From NCBI GenBank assembly GCA_963821585.1, contig CAWGEI010000003.1, forward strand, positions 3,832,407 to 3,896,406: DNA of 64,000 bases, written 5' to 3'. The first letter of the stretch is position 1. Each line of letters begins with the position of its first letter. Positions 8,627 through 21,511 of this stretch are shown piece by piece. The position numbers were made by a program, and so were the translations under genes. The notes under the pieces are model-generated. The model was not told the origin of the DNA and did not search any database. It saw only the letters and a program-made list of their open reading frames with translations. The stretch comes from an uncultured Acidobacteriota bacterium (GTDB taxonomy: Bacteria; Acidobacteriota; Thermoanaerobaculia; Gp7-AA8).

Positions 8627-11600
8627 CTAGTGCGCTTCGTGGATCTCGCGCTCGATCCAGTCGAGGTCCCAGAAACGCAACGAGCCATCCTGCGCCCCGG
8701 AAGCGACCAGATTCCCGTGAACGGCGAGGGCACTCAATGGCGAGTCATGCGCAACCCAGCGACCCCACTCCACGCCGGTCGCGGCATTCCAGACGACGAT
8801 AGTCGATTCGCTCCCGGCGACGAGCCAACGCCCTTCTCGTGACGCGGCCAACAGGGTGATCCGACAGACAGGGCTCTTGACCCATTCCCGCGTCTCGCCG
8901 GTGGTCATGTCGGTTGCCAGGATGGAACAGAGACGAGCGGAAAAGAGCAATCGGCTATCGGCGGCGAAAACCCAGGGGCTGTTCACACAAGTCGTGGTCT
9001 TGATCGAAGGCACGAGAGCTCCGGTCGTTGCATCCCAGGCAGTGAAGCCGCACCCAGTCCGTGACTGTCCGTCGATGACGAGCAATTTGCTATCGGGGCT
9101 GAAGAGCGCGGTCTCCCGACCCGTCGTCGGCCACTCCGGTTCTGTCAGCGACGCCAATTGTTTGCCGGCGTCCAAATCGACAAGGTCCAGAAGGAGCCCG
9201 CCACCTGACAATCTTCCGCCGCCAGGCGTTTCAACAACTGGAGACCATACGTACGCCGCTCTTTTCCCGTTCGGACTCACAACGGCACCCCGAGCAGCCG
9301 CGATCGCGCGGTCATGGATGCTCGTCGTCGAAACGCCTTTCAGCCTGCTGTCGTCAGGAGTCGGAACAGCGATAGGACGTTCTTCGCGCCAAAGCTGGAG
9401 CCACTGGTCCTTTGCATTCGCGGGTCCCGAAATCGCCGCGCTCCACATTGTTCCCTGAGCATCGAACCAAGCGCGACAGCCAGGGAGAGATTTCTGGAAC
9501 TCCGGATTCCGCCCCGTCGCGAGAGCAGGCCGCACGTTCCAGATGGCGGCGGAGTCATAGCTCTGACTGGAAATGAATTTTGTTCCCTCCGGATTGAACG
9601 AAAGTGTGGTGGGCGGCTCTGCGCTGAAGAAAGCCGGGGCAGGTGGGGTGATTCTCCAAACTAACACGTGTGAGTTGCCGGTCGATAACTCAGCATGATC
9701 GTCACTCACTGTTAGATTGCTCCAAACACCATCCACGTTATCCGGATCCGTCACTTCACCTCCGCCGATCGTTGCGAGGAGCCTTCCGTCCGGGCTCCAA
9801 ACAGGCAGAGAATTCCCCGGAAGAGTGGCCACGAGGTCCCCGTTGCGGGCCCAGATCCGAACTTCTCCTTTCGTACCGACCTTGACCAGTGCCGCGAACA
9901 AGCTTCCATCGGAACTGAAGGACGCCGCCGTCGCGTTGAGAGTATGGGCGAGGAGGATGGCAGGTGGCGGCAGGGAGATTCGCACCTCTCGCAGAAAGGG
10001 CTCACCGGATACGAGCCGATAAAGCCGGAAGCTGTTCGTCCGCTTCTCCAGAATGGCGAACGCTCGCCCGTCGGGGCAGAGAAAAGACCAGCTATCGGGC
10101 TCGAGCTCCGTCGAAGCGATCGCACGATTGTTGGGAATGTCCCAAAGAAGGGCCATCGCGGCGGTACGAGGTCGACTCTCCATCTGGAGGAGTGCGACGT
10201 CACCGTTGCGGCTGAGGGCGCGAAACTCTGCGCTGGCAGGGCCTATGGTCCTCACCTTTTGAGTCACCACATCAACCTGTGCCAGACGTTCACCGCGATC
10301 GACCGTGAGATACGAGCCATTCGCCAGAAATGCCACGAGCTCGCCGTCGATTAGACGCGCATCGTGACTCGCCGTATCCACGATCTCGGAGCATCCTGAG
10401 GTCGCAACGTACCTGCGATCAGGACTCATGAGAGCGGCGGATCGCCGATCGTAGTAGCCGACACAGACCTCGTTGTGCACTGGAACGCGGGCGAGCTCCT
10501 TACCCGTGCGTGCTTCCCACAATACGACGGTCGAGCCTTCCCGCTCGCGGCGCTGCACGGAGACCACCTGTGATCCGGTACCGACGAAAGTCGGTTCCGG
10601 GCCCAGACTGCTCAAATCATCAGACGCGGTCAACTCTCCGAGCCAACGTCGAGAATCCGTATCCCAGACTCTCGTTCCGGTGCGCTCGGGCTTGCGCGTG
10701 TAGTCTCTACCCTTGATGACCAGCAGGCGGGAGTCCGCGCTGAACTGGTACCCGTGGACTGAGCCGAAAGGAATCCTGGACACCAATCGCGCACCCGGCG
10801 TGATCGCCATCTGGATCATCTCCTGGCGAAGCTCGCCGTCATTGCGGATTCTCGCCGCCCGGCGGAGCGCGTCCACCTCTCCAGCCTTGTCTCCGGCTGC
10901 GCGCTGCAATCGCGCCTGCTGCAGCAGAGATTGAAAGAGACGGCTGCGAAAGGCCACCGTGGAAGCGATCGTGAGCATCGCCACCACCACGAGCGCAGCG
11001 ATGGCCGTCGTTTGCCAGGGATGCCTCCTGCACCAGCGCCAGACCCGTACCGCCATTCCGATCCGCCGGGCGACGATCGGCTCTCCTCGCAGGAAGCGCC
11101 CGAGGTCGTCGGCCAACGCCTGCGCGGTCTGATAGCGACGCTGTGGATCTTTCCGAAGGGCGGCGAGACAGATCGTCTCCAAATCGCGACTCATCCCCTG
11201 ACGCAACTGTCGCGGCATCACAGGCTCGGCGTGAAGCACCTGCTGGACCGTTTCCAGCGGCGTCGGTCCCTGAAACGGCGGGCGCCCGACGAGGAGCTCG
11301 TAGAGAATGACGCCGAGGGCATAGACGTCGGTCGTTGGCCCGAGATTCTTCCCCCCTTCCGCCTGCTCGGGGGCCATGTAGCTCGGGGTTCCAAGCAGTG
11401 TCCCTGTAGCGGTCAGGCTCGAATGGCGATCGATGGCCCGGGCCAGGCCGAAGTCGGTGATGTGCAGTTGTCCGGCGCGGTCGAACAGGACGTTCGCCGG
11501 CTTCAGGTCGCGGTGAATGATCCCTTTGTCATGCGCGTACTGGATGGTCGCGGCGAGGGTCCGCACGTGTGCGGCCGCCACTTTCTCTTCCAGCGGCTTC

Positions 11601-12028
11601 CGTGCTGCCATCCCCGCCAGGCTGTCGCCCTCGATGTAGTCCATCGAGAAGTAGTGAAGGCCGTCCTGCTCTCCGATTTCATGAATGGCGACGATGTTCG
11701 GATGTTGCAAGCTGGCGGCAGCCGTGGCTTCGGCTCGGAAACGCTGCACCTCTTCGTCGGTAGCCACGATGCCGGGCTGCATCATTTTCACCGCGACGAT
11801 GCGGCCGAGGCTGAGCTGTCGCGCCTTGTAGACGACGCCCATCCCGCCGCGGGCAATCTCTTCCAGAAGCTCGTAGTCGCCGAAGTAGTGAAGCCTGGGG
11901 ACGAAGGACAAAACGTCTTTGGCTTCTCCTTCCGCGGCGAGACGCAGTAGACATGCCGGGCAGAGCCCGCGCGGGGCGTCGCTCCTCAGGTCGGCGCCGC
12001 AGTGATGACATCGTTGTGCACTGGTCAT
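8627..12028 (-). CDS. Ser/Thr protein kinase with N-terminal zinc ribbon and C-terminal WD40/beta-propeller repeats
   Basis: [12 protein letters not shown], then Hanks kinase motifs ([30 protein letters not shown]), a TM segment and a long WD40-like C-terminus. GGAG RBS before the ATG at 12028. Confidence 0.85.
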   Translation of the reverse strand: MTSAQRCHHCGADLRSDAPRGLCPACLLRLAAEGEAKDVLSFVPRLHYFGDYELLEEIARGGMGVVYKARQLSLGRIVAVKMMQPGIVATDEEVQRFRAEATAAASLQHPNIVAIHEIGEQDGLHYFSMDYIEGDSLAGMAARKPLEEKVAAAHVRTLAATIQYAHDKGIIHRDLKPANVLFDRAGQLHITDFGLARAIDRHSSLTATGTLLGTPSYMAPEQAEGGKNLGPTTDVYALGVILYELLVGRPPFQGPTPLETVQQVLHAEPVMPRQLRQGMSRDLETICLAALRKDPQRRYQTAQALADDLGRFLRGEPIVARRIGMAVRVWRWCRRHPWQTTAIAALVVVAMLTIASTVAFRSRLFQSLLQQARLQRAAGDKAGEVDALRRAARIRNDGELRQEMIQMAITPGARLVSRIPFGSVHGYQFSADSRLLVIKGRDYTRKPERTGTRVWDTDSRRWLGELTASDDLSSLGPEPTFVGTGSQVVSVQRREREGSTVVLWEARTGKELARVPVHNEVCVGYYDRRSAALMSPDRRYVATSGCSEIVDTASHDARLIDGELVAFLANGSYLTVDRGERLAQVDVVTQKVRTIGPASAEFRALSRNGDVALLQMESRPRTAAMALLWDIPNNRAIASTELEPDSWSFLCPDGRAFAILEKRTNSFRLYRLVSGEPFLREVRISLPPPAILLAHTLNATAASFSSDGSLFAALVKVGTKGEVRIWARNGDLVATLPGNSLPVWSPDGRLLATIGGGEVTDPDNVDGVWSNLTVSDDHAELSTGNSHVLVWRITPPAPAFFSAEPPTTLSFNPEGTKFISSQSYDSAAIWNVRPALATGRNPEFQKSLPGCRAWFDAQGTMWSAAISGPANAKDQWLQLWREERPIAVPTPDDSRLKGVSTTSIHDRAIAAARGAVVSPNGKRAAYVWSPVVETPGGGRLSGGGLLLDLVDLDAGKQLASLTEPEWPTTGRETALFSPDSKLLVIDGQSRTGCGFTAWDATTGALVPSIKTTTCVNSPWVFAADSRLLFSARLCSILATDMTTGETREWVKSPVCRITLLAASREGRWLVAGSESTIVVWNAATGVEWGRWVAHDSPLSALAVHGNLVASGAQDGSLRFWDLDWIEREIHEAH

Positions 12029-12091
12029 GGATTCGCTCCGCGGCCCCACGAGGCCGTTCCCACGCTCTTCTAAAGCAAAGGAGCGAGCTTG

Positions 12092-12823
12092 TTACACAGT
12101 GGACAGCAGATGACGGATCTCCGCTTCGACCGCCTCCGGATCATCGGGGTGTGGGAGCGTCTCCCTGATCTCCGCTCGAACCAGCTCGCGAAAGCGGGCG
12201 CGCATGCGATGGACGGCCACGCGCAGGGCTCCCTCGCTCATTTTCAGAGTCTGGCTGGCCTGGCTATACCGGACATCCCCATCGCCGATCATGAACGTTT
12301 TCAGCGTCTCGAAGAGGTGTGCTTTGCCGGCGGTCTCAAACTCCCCCGCCATGCGCTCCGTAGCGCGATGGAGAAGAGTGAGGGCCCACGTGCGCTCGTA
12401 GAAACTCTCGGGAGTCCATTCCGGCCGCGGTCCCGCCGTCCCGTATTGTGCTTCGAAGCTCTCGATCTCGTCGAGGCTGAGAAAAGAAGTGTCGGCCCCT
12501 CGCTTCTGCGATGTCCGGCGATCCCACTCATTCGCCAGGAAATTCTTTACGGAGGCCAGCAAGAATGAGCGGAATCTGCCACGCCCCGGATCGGCTCGAC
12601 GGAGAGACTGTTTCTCGAGAAGGCGCGTAAAGAAACCCTGGGTGAGATCTTGCGCATCGTCTCGCGAGAAACCGCGGTGTCGAACGTAATGGTAAATCGG
12701 ATGCCAATACGCCCGGCAGAGCGCGGCGAGCGCCTCGGCACCGACCAGATCGTCCTTCGCCGCGGCGAGCACGAGGCTCCAGCGCGTAGTGGTAAACCGT
12801 GCGTTCTCTTCCAGAGCCGGCAT
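12092..12823 (-). CDS. ECF-type RNA polymerase sigma factor (the class associated with Ser/Thr kinases)
   Basis: Sigma-70 regions 2 and 4 are recognisable ([20 protein letters not shown]... and [22 protein letters not shown]). It sits directly upstream of, and is co-oriented with, the WD40 kinase. Confidence 0.8.
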   Translation of the reverse strand: MPALEENARFTTTRWSLVLAAAKDDLVGAEALAALCRAYWHPIYHYVRHRGFSRDDAQDLTQGFFTRLLEKQSLRRADPGRGRFRSFLLASVKNFLANEWDRRTSQKRGADTSFLSLDEIESFEAQYGTAGPRPEWTPESFYERTWALTLLHRATERMAGEFETAGKAHLFETLKTFMIGDGDVRYSQASQTLKMSEGALRVAVHRMRARFRELVRAEIRETLPHPDDPEAVEAEIRHLLSTV

Positions 12824-12863
12824 GACGGATGCGACGATTGTACGTCTCTCGCGATGGCGGGTT

Positions 12864-12960
12864 TAGAGTGCGGAGGCAATCTTCCGCTTTCGTATTCGGT
12901 CGCCTCGGCGCGAAAGGCAAACGAATAGGAAAGCGGAGGCGATTGCCTCCGCACTCCATA
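12864..12960. repeat. MITE-like element, family A (copy 1)
   Basis: Terminal inverted repeats gagtgcggaggcaatc...gattgcctccgcactccata, each arm carrying an internal hairpin. It lies between the sdhB stop and the ECF sigma start. Related copies are at 22827-22938 and 30581-30690. Confidence 0.7.
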
Positions 12961-12964
12961 AGCG

Positions 12965-13711
12965 TTAACGCGAGCGCGACTTCGCCACGAGGTAGTCGCG
13001 GTTCATTCTTGCGATGAAGCTCACCGAGATCTCCTTCGGGCAGACGGCTTCGCATTCGCGGAAGAGCGTGCAGCTGCCGAAGTAGCTCTCCATGACTTCG
13101 ACCATCTTCACGACGCGCTCGTAGCGCTCGGGCTGGCCCTGGGGCAACAGGCCGAGGTGGGAGACTTTGGCGGCGGTGAAGAGCTGGGCGGCGCCGTTGG
13201 GGCATTGCGGCGACGCAGGCGCCGCACTGGATGCACTCGGCGGCGTCCATGGCCAGTTCCTGGACCTGCTTGGGGATGGGGAGGGTGTTGGCTTCGACGG
13301 CGCTGCCGGTGTTGACGGAGATGTAGCCGCCGGCCTGGATGATCTTGTCGAGGGGGGTGCGGTCGACGATGAGGTCTTTGATGACCGGGAAGGCGCGGGC
13401 GCGCCACGGTTCGATAGCCACCGTCTCGCCGTCGCTGAAGTGGCGCATGTGGAGCTGGCAGGTGGCGGTGCCGCCGATCGGGGCCGTGGGCGACGCCGTT
13501 GATCATCATGCCGCACGAGCCGCAGATGCCTTCGCGGCAGTCGTGCTCGAAGTGGATCGGCTCCTCGCCCTTCTCGATGAGGTCGCTCGTTCACGACGTC
13601 GAGCATCTCCAGGAACGAAGCGTCGGGAGAGATGTTCTCGGCCTTGTACTCGACCAGGCGGCCTTCGGTGTCGCGGGATTTCTGCCGCCAGACGTGCAAA
13701 GTCAGATTCAT
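12965..13711 (-). pseudogene. sdhB: succinate dehydrogenase/fumarate reductase iron-sulfur subunit with at least four frameshifts
   Basis: N-terminus MNLTLHVWRQKSRDTEGRLVEYKAE, then [10 protein letters not shown] in a second frame, CIQCGACV in a third, and CPNGAAQLF...CPKEI back in the first frame. The cause is either pseudogenisation or local indel errors. Confidence 0.7.
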
Positions 13712-15635
<1,924 letters not shown>

Positions 15636-15640
15636 TCCGT

Positions 15641-16321
15641 TCACCTGACCAGTCCGAGGAGCACGCTCAGCGGGAAGGAGAGGTTGCCGGCCGTGATCAC
15701 CACCGCGAAGATGGTGGCGAATCCGCGGCGCCAGGCCTCGAACCGTTTGTGGGTCACGCCGAGCGAGCAGAACATCGCCTCGAGGCCATGGTAGAGGTGC
15801 AGGCCGAGGGCGAGGTTCGCGAGGATGTAGAAGGCCGAGATCCACCAGACCTGAAAGCCGGTGACGACGTTGTGGTAGACGTCGCCGTGGATGAAGGTGT
15901 CGCGCTGGACCCATCCCAGGGTCAGGTGGAGGAGGTGGTAGATGATGAAGAGCAGGATGATCACCCCGCCCCAGCGCATGGTCCGTGACGCGTAGCTGGC
16001 CTTGACGAAGTCGCGGTCGCGATAGGCGATCGGGCGGGCGGCGCGGTTCATCATGGTGAGCGCGAAGGCGGAGTGGATGTGGAAGATGACCGCGACGAGG
16101 AGCACGACGCGCGTGATCCACAGCACCCCTTCCCTCGGGAAGAAGGGCATGAGCAGGGTCCGGAGCGCCTCGGCGTACTCGTTGAGGTGGACGGCGCCGA
16201 GGTAGAGCTTCAGGTTGCCGATCATGTGGGTCAGGACGAATCCGAAGAGGATCAGCCCGGTCACGGCCATGACCGCCTTCTTGCCGACGGCGGAACGGTA
16301 GAGATTTGCCAACCACGTCAT
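15641..16321 (-). CDS. sdhC: succinate dehydrogenase cytochrome b558 subunit (Bacillus-type SdhC, five TM helices)
   Basis: [36 protein letters not shown]...[13 protein letters not shown]...[20 protein letters not shown]. The stop lies 5 nt before the sdhA ATG. Confidence 0.8.
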   Translation of the reverse strand: MTWLANLYRSAVGKKAVMAVTGLILFGFVLTHMIGNLKLYLGAVHLNEYAEALRTLLMPFFPREGVLWITRVVLLVAVIFHIHSAFALTMMNRAARPIAYRDRDFVKASYASRTMRWGGVIILLFIIYHLLHLTLGWVQRDTFIHGDVYHNVVTGFQVWWISAFYILANLALGLHLYHGLEAMFCSLGVTHKRFEAWRRGFATIFAVVITAGNLSFPLSVLLGLVR

Positions 16322-16413
16322 TCGGAGATCACCTCGCGCCGCATTCGGGCGGCATCGTATCAAGGATGGTCGCATGGTCAAGGACGAGCGAGGGCGGGCG
16401 GGTGTGACAGTCT

Positions 16414-16487
16414 CCGAGTCTTCCAGTCGCCGAGTCTTCGAGTCGACAAGGCCAAGAGGCTCGAAGACCCGACGACTCGAAGACTCG
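16414..16487. promoter_or_regulatory. direct and inverted repeats of CGAGTCTTC(C/G)AGTCG in the divergent sdhC / ABC promoter region
   Basis: ccgagtcttccagtcg, ccgagtcttcgagtcg, a partial ggctcgaagaccc, then the exact reverse complement cgactcgaagactcg. The region lies between the sdhC start (16321) and the ABC ATPase start (16558). Confidence 0.45.
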
Positions 16488-16557
16488 ACGTCCCTGACAT
16501 TCGTCATGCGCAGGTCCTGACGCCCTGCAGTGCCGCCGGAGCCCCGCCGGACGCATC

Positions 16558-17265
16558 TTGCACCCCATGATCGCTGCACAATTTTCCTCGGTCACGAAAC
16601 AGTACGGGATGGTCGAGGCTCTCAAGGGGCTGGACCTCACCATCAGACAGGGCGAACTGCTGGCTCTGCTCGGCGCGAACGGCGCGGGCAAGACGTCCGC
16701 AGTGCGCATCCTCCTCGGGTTGGCGAAGCCGACCGGCGGCGAGGTGCGTGTGTTCGGGGGCGACCCTCGCGACGCACGCACGCGCACCCGCATCGGGGCC
16801 GTTCTGCAGAGCGCGCGGGTGCCGGAGACGCTGCGCGTCCGGGAGCACATCCACCTCTTCTCCAGCTACTACCCGAATCCGATGCCGATGGACGAAGTCA
16901 TCGCCGCGGCGGGGCTGCAGGGGCTGGAGCGCCGGAAGTACGGGGAGCTGTCGGGTGGGCAGCAGAAGCGGGTGCTGTTCGCGCTCGCGATCTGCGGCAA
17001 TCCCGACTTGCTCGTCCTCGACGAGCCCACGGTCGGCCTCGACGTCGAGGCGCGCCGGGCGATGTGGAAGCAGGTCCGCGCGATCGTCGCCCGTGGAAAA
17101 GCCGTGCTGCTGACGACGCATTACCTCGCGGAAGCCGAAGCGCTGGCGGACCGGGTGGTGGTGATGCACCACGGAAACGTGGTGGCCGAGGGAACGCCCG
17201 CGGAGATCAAGGGCGACGCGGCGACGCTCGAAGATGCGTTCGTCGAGATGCTGGAGGCGTCATGA
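16558..17265 (+). CDS. ABC transporter ATP-binding protein (ABC-2 type)
   Basis: Walker A GANGAGKTS, signature LSGGQQKR and Walker B LLVLDEPT. The stop overlaps the permease start as ATGA. Confidence 0.85.
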   Translation: MHPMIAAQFSSVTKQYGMVEALKGLDLTIRQGELLALLGANGAGKTSAVRILLGLAKPTGGEVRVFGGDPRDARTRTRIGAVLQSARVPETLRVREHIHLFSSYYPNPMPMDEVIAAAGLQGLERRKYGELSGGQQKRVLFALAICGNPDLLVLDEPTVGLDVEARRAMWKQVRAIVARGKAVLLTTHYLAEAEALADRVVVMHHGNVVAEGTPAEIKGDAATLEDAFVEMLEAS

Positions 17266-18014
17266 AACTCTACCTGCTCGAGATCAAATACGAATTCCTC
17301 AAGGCCCTGCGGCTGCCGGCGTACTCGCTGCCGACGCTGCTGTTCCCCGTGTTCTTCTACCTCTTCTTCGGCGTGCTGTTCGGCGCGAAGCAGGCGGGGG
17401 CGGTGAGCATGTCCACGTATCTCGTCGCCACGTACGGCACGTTCGGCGTGATCGGCGCCGCGCTGTTCGGCTTCGGCGTGTCGGTGGCGGTCGAGCGCGG
17501 CCAGGGGTGGCTGGAAGTGAAGCGCACGACGCCGATGCCGATCGCGGCGTACTTCGTCGCGAAGCTGGCGATGGCGATGATCTTCAGCGCGATCATCGTG
17601 ACGCTGCTGTTCCTCATGGGCATGACCGTGGGCAACGTGGTGATGCCGTTCCTCACGATGGTGAAGCTGTTCACCGTGCTGGTCCTCGGCTCGATCACGT
17701 TCTGCGCGTTCGGGCTGGCGCTGGGGTTCTTCGCGGGACCGAACTCCGCGGCGCCGATCGTCAACATGATCTACCTGCCGATGGCGTTCATCTCGGGACT
17801 CTGGATCCCGATCGTGTTCCTTCCGAAGTCGATTCAGCAGATCGCGGTGTGGCTGCCGCCCTATCACCTGTCCCAGCTCGCGCTGCGGACGATCGGGGCG
17901 TCGCAGGGCGAGCCACTGGCGCTGCACGCGGGGGCGATGATCGCCGCGACGCTGCTCTTCGGCGCGATCGCTTACATCGGTTACCGGCGCGACGAGGGCA
18001 AGTTGTACGGCTAA
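17262..18014 (+). CDS. ABC-2 family transporter permease
   Basis: Six TM segments. MKLYLLEIKYEFLKALR...IVNMIYLPMAFISGLWIP. Confidence 0.8.
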   Translation: MKLYLLEIKYEFLKALRLPAYSLPTLLFPVFFYLFFGVLFGAKQAGAVSMSTYLVATYGTFGVIGAALFGFGVSVAVERGQGWLEVKRTTPMPIAAYFVAKLAMAMIFSAIIVTLLFLMGMTVGNVVMPFLTMVKLFTVLVLGSITFCAFGLALGFFAGPNSAAPIVNMIYLPMAFISGLWIPIVFLPKSIQQIAVWLPPYHLSQLALRTIGASQGEPLALHAGAMIAATLLFGAIAYIGYRRDEGKLYG

Positions 18015-18027
18015 ACTGGACGCTTCG

Positions 18028-19584
18028 ATGCGCTCCCTCGTCCCGCTCCTCCTGATGGTGACGCTCACTCTGCATGCGGATGACGCGGCGCGCGCGCTGC
18101 TGCAGAGCGGCGCCGCGCACGAGGACCTGGGGCGGATGGCGGAAGCAGCGCGCGACTTCGAGTCCGCGCGGCTCCGCGCGGAACGCTCCGGCGACCGCGC
18201 CACTCTCGGGAAAGCCCTGGTCGCCATCGGTTACCTGCACTACTACCGCGGCGAGATGAACGACGCGCTGGTCAAGCTGCAACGCGGTTATGACATCGCG
18301 CGGGAGCTTGGCGACGCGGCAGCCCAGCGCACCGCCCTGGATGCCATCGCGCACGTGTACGCCGATCCGATCGTCGCGCAGTACGACCGGGCCATCGAGT
18401 ACTACCTGCAGGTCCTCCCGCAGTACGAGGCCAGCGGCCCTCCCACCGAGGCGGCGGACGCTCTGTTCAATCTCGGCAGCACGTACGAGCGCAAAGGGGA
18501 TCTCGCGGCGGCGCTGGAGTGGTACCGCCGCGCCCTGGCTGCGGAGATGAAGCTGGGACGCGAGGGCGAGGCGGCGATAGTGAAGCGCTCCATCGGCGTG
18601 ACGCTCGGCAAGCTCGAACGGAACGCGGAGGCGCTGCCGCTCCTGGAGGAGGCGCTCCAGACGTTCATCGCGAGTAACAACCGTGAGGTAGCGATGCACA
18701 CGCGCCAGTCGCGCGGCATCGTCCTCCGGCGGATGGGCAACACCGCCGCCGCGATCGCGGATCTCGAGGCCACGCGCGGCTGGTTCACCGCGCAGAAGAA
18801 CACGCGCTTCCTCGAAAAGACGGAAGAGGAACTGGCCCTCGCCTACTCGGCGGCCGGACGGTGGCGCGACGCGTATGACGCACGCACGCGGCACGCGGAA
18901 CTGCAGCGCGAGCTGGCGGAGAAGCTGCGCGAGGAACACTCGTCGCGGCTGCGCGTGCAGTTCGACTCGGAGAAGAAGGAGCAGGAGAACCGCGCGCTCC
19001 TGCGCGACAAGGCGGCGGCGGAGCGCATCCGCAGGCTGCAGACGATCATCCTCGTGCTCGGCGGCGCCATCATCGCGGTGCTTGCCTATCTGATGGTACG
19101 GATGCGGATCATGGCCATGACGGACGAGCTGACGCGCCTGCCGAATCGCCGGCATCTGCTCGCGAACGCGGCGGCGGAGCTCCGGAAGGGGCAGCCGTTC
19201 TCGCTGATCGCCTTCGACATCGACCACTTCAAGCGGATCAACGACACGTGGGGCCACGCGGCCGGCGACGTGGTGCTGCAACGGGTGGCGCACGCGTGCC
19301 GCACGGCGCTGCGGCCAGGGGATCACATCGGACGCACGGGCGGCGAGGAGTTCACAGCCGTGCTGCCGTCGACACGCGAGCGGGACGGGATCCCGGTCGC
19401 GGAGCGCCTGCGGGTGGCGGTGGAGTCCGTCGACTGCACGGACATCGATCCGTCTCTGCGCGTGACGATCAGCCTCGGCGTCGCGGAGTGGCGCGCGGGG
19501 GACTCGCTGGAGCGCCTCGCCGCGCGCGCGGACGAGGTGCTGTATCGCGCGAAGGAGTCGGGACGGAACCGGGTGGCCGCATGA
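18028..19584 (+). CDS. periplasmic TPR-repeat sensor with C-terminal GGDEF diguanylate cyclase
   Basis: Signal peptide, several TPR repeats, a TM segment (IILVLGGAIIAVLAYL) and GGDEF motifs RLPNRR..DIDHFKRIND..GGEEF..SIGV. The stop overlaps the kinase ATG as ATGA. Confidence 0.85.
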   Translation: MRSLVPLLLMVTLTLHADDAARALLQSGAAHEDLGRMAEAARDFESARLRAERSGDRATLGKALVAIGYLHYYRGEMNDALVKLQRGYDIARELGDAAAQRTALDAIAHVYADPIVAQYDRAIEYYLQVLPQYEASGPPTEAADALFNLGSTYERKGDLAAALEWYRRALAAEMKLGREGEAAIVKRSIGVTLGKLERNAEALPLLEEALQTFIASNNREVAMHTRQSRGIVLRRMGNTAAAIADLEATRGWFTAQKNTRFLEKTEEELALAYSAAGRWRDAYDARTRHAELQRELAEKLREEHSSRLRVQFDSEKKEQENRALLRDKAAAERIRRLQTIILVLGGAIIAVLAYLMVRMRIMAMTDELTRLPNRRHLLANAAAELRKGQPFSLIAFDIDHFKRINDTWGHAAGDVVLQRVAHACRTALRPGDHIGRTGGEEFTAVLPSTRERDGIPVAERLRVAVESVDCTDIDPSLRVTISLGVAEWRAGDSLERLAARADEVLYRAKESGRNRVAA

Positions 19585-20693
19585 AAATGAATCTACGCCT
19601 GATCCCGCACGACACCGATCTCGGATGGACTCCGTGGGCGTGGACGGTCTACATCGTCCCGTACGTGCTGTCGCCGCTGTATCTCGACCGCTATGCGAAC
19701 GCCGGCGGCTGGCTGTTCTTCGGCGGGACGACGCTCGCGTTTCTGGCGATGTACTTCCGCAGCTACTGGGTGCGCGGCCGGGAGCTCTATCTGCTGTCGG
19801 CGGCGACGGTGGCGATGGGCATCGCGCTGTGGCCGCTCACGCACTCGGCGGGCGCGTTCTTCATCTACGGTGCGGGCATGCTCGGACACATCGAGCCGAC
19901 GCGGCGGGCGATGCGGCTCGTCGCAGTGATCGCTGCGATCATCGTTGCTGAGGCGTGGTTCCTCGACCGGAGCTGGTACAACGCGATCTGGCCGTTCTTC
20001 TTCACGATCCTGGTCGGTGCGCTGAACGCGCACTTCGGACAGGTCCACCGCGCGAACGCGCGGCTGCGGCTGGCGCAGGATGAGATCGAGCATCTGGCGA
20101 AGCTCGCGGAGCGGGAGCGGATCGCGCGCGATCTGCACGACCTCCTCGGCCACACGCTGTCGCTGGTGATCCTGAAGTCGGAGCTGGCGTCGAAGCTGGC
20201 GGAGCGGGATCCGGAGCGGGCGCGCGAGGAGATCCGGGACGTGGAGCGGATCGCGCGGGAAGCGCTGGCGGAGGTGCGGTCGGCGGTAACGGGGTATCGG
20301 GCCGGCGGGTTCACGCCGGAGATTCAGCACGCGCGGAGCACGCTGGCGACGGCGGGAATCACGTTCGAAGGCGACGTGCCCGCGAACGCGCAATTGCCGC
20401 CGGCGCACGAGGCGGTGCTCTGTCTCGCGCTGCGGGAGGCGGTGACGAACATCGTCCGCCATTCGGGCGCACGGCACTGCCGGATGTCGCTGCAGGTCGC
20501 GGACGCCGCGGTGACGATGCGCATCACGGACGACGGCCGCGGCGGCGACCAGCCGTTCGGTAGCGGGCTGTCCGGCATGCGCGAGCGCATGGAAGTCCTC
20601 GGCGGCACGCTCACGCGCGACGGCCGCCGCGGCACGACGCTCACGGTGTCGCTGCCGCTGGCCGCGGCGTCAGCGCAGGAGCGCAGCGCATGA
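19581..20693 (+). CDS. DesK/NarX-type sensor histidine kinase (HisKA_3)
   Basis: Four to five N-terminal TM segments, H-box ERERIARDLHDLLGHTLS, HATPase ALREAVTNIVRHSGA...TDDGRGG...GSGLSGMRERM. Confidence 0.85.
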   Translation: MKMNLRLIPHDTDLGWTPWAWTVYIVPYVLSPLYLDRYANAGGWLFFGGTTLAFLAMYFRSYWVRGRELYLLSAATVAMGIALWPLTHSAGAFFIYGAGMLGHIEPTRRAMRLVAVIAAIIVAEAWFLDRSWYNAIWPFFFTILVGALNAHFGQVHRANARLRLAQDEIEHLAKLAERERIARDLHDLLGHTLSLVILKSELASKLAERDPERAREEIRDVERIAREALAEVRSAVTGYRAGGFTPEIQHARSTLATAGITFEGDVPANAQLPPAHEAVLCLALREAVTNIVRHSGARHCRMSLQVADAAVTMRITDDGRGGDQPFGSGLSGMRERMEVLGGTLTRDGRRGTTLTVSLPLAAASAQERSA

Positions 20694-20710
20694 GCGGAGC
20701 GCCGTATGAA

Positions 20711-20770
20711 TGTAGGGCGTGGCTTCAGCCCGCCCTCCCCGTGGGGGGCGGGCTGAAGCCACGCCCTACA
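20711..20770. repeat. palindromic stem-loop element, family B (copy 1)
   Basis: tgtagggcgtggcttcagcccgcc-ctccccgtgggg-ggcgggctgaagccacgccctaca. Intergenic between the kinase and the regulator. Confidence 0.8.
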
Positions 20771-20796
20771 TTGCAACGCTCCGCTGGAGCGCAGCC

Positions 20797-21399
20797 ATGA
20801 TCCGCGTCGTCATCGCCGAAGATCAGGCAATGGTCCTCGGCGCGCTGGCGGCGCTGCTGGAGATCGAAGGGGACTTCGAGGTCGTCGGCCGCGCGCAGGA
20901 TGGCGAGGAGGCGCTGGCGATCTGCCGGGAGAAGAAGCCGGACGTGCTGCTGACGGACATCGAGATGCCGCGGCGCACGGGGCTCGAGCTGGCGTCGGCG
21001 CTGAAGCAGGAGAAGCTGCCGACGCGGGTGATCATCCTGACGACGTTCGCGCGTGGCGGCTATCTGCGCCGCGCACTGGAAGCGGGGGCGTCGGGGTATC
21101 TGCTGAAGGACTCCCCTGCCGAGCATCTGGCGAATGCGGTGCGGCGGGTGAAGGCCGGCGGCCGTGTGGTCGATCCGGAGCTGGCCGCGGAGGCGTGGAG
21201 CGAGCCGGACCCGCTGACGGACCGCGAGCGCCAGGTGCTGCGCATGGCCGGCGAGGGCCAGACCAGCGCGGACATCGCATCGGAGCTGCACCTGTCCGAG
21301 GGAACGGTGCGGAATTACCTGTCGGAGGCGATCAGCAAGCTGGGCGCGGGCAATCGCGTGGAAGCGGCGCGGATCGCCCGCGACAAGGGGTGGCTTTAG
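20797..21399 (+). CDS. NarL/LuxR-family response regulator
   Basis: Receiver MIRVVIAEDQ...LLTDIEMP, then a LuxR helix-turn-helix LTDRERQVLRMAGEGQTSADIASELHLSEGTVRNYLSEAISKLG. GGAG RBS. Confidence 0.9.
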   Translation: MIRVVIAEDQAMVLGALAALLEIEGDFEVVGRAQDGEEALAICREKKPDVLLTDIEMPRRTGLELASALKQEKLPTRVIILTTFARGGYLRRALEAGASGYLLKDSPAEHLANAVRRVKAGGRVVDPELAAEAWSEPDPLTDRERQVLRMAGEGQTSADIASELHLSEGTVRNYLSEAISKLGAGNRVEAARIARDKGWL

Positions 21400-21405
21400 T
21401 GTCTC

Positions 21406-21507
21406 TGTCATCCCGAGCGTCGAGCGAGGGACCTGGGCGGGCGGGGCGCCACACACATGCCTCGTGCCCCGCCCACCCAGGTCCCTCGCTCGACGCTCGG
21501 GATGACA
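21406..21507. repeat. 102-bp element with near-perfect 42-bp inverted repeats (family D), a putative bidirectional terminator or MITE
   Basis: tgtcatcccgagcgtcgagcgagggacctgggcgggcggggc - 18-nt loop - gccccgcccacccaggtccctcgctcgacgctcgggatgaca. It lies between the convergent regulator and nucleotidase genes. Confidence 0.7.
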
Positions 21508-21511
21508 GGGG

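Noticed and set aside
7606-8733. 375-aa ORF taken as an intact CDS
   Set aside because: It is a chimeric read-through of a vapC-like remnant, an sdhA fragment and an sdhB fragment (alignment to 12965-15635). It also overlaps the kinase C-terminus in another frame.
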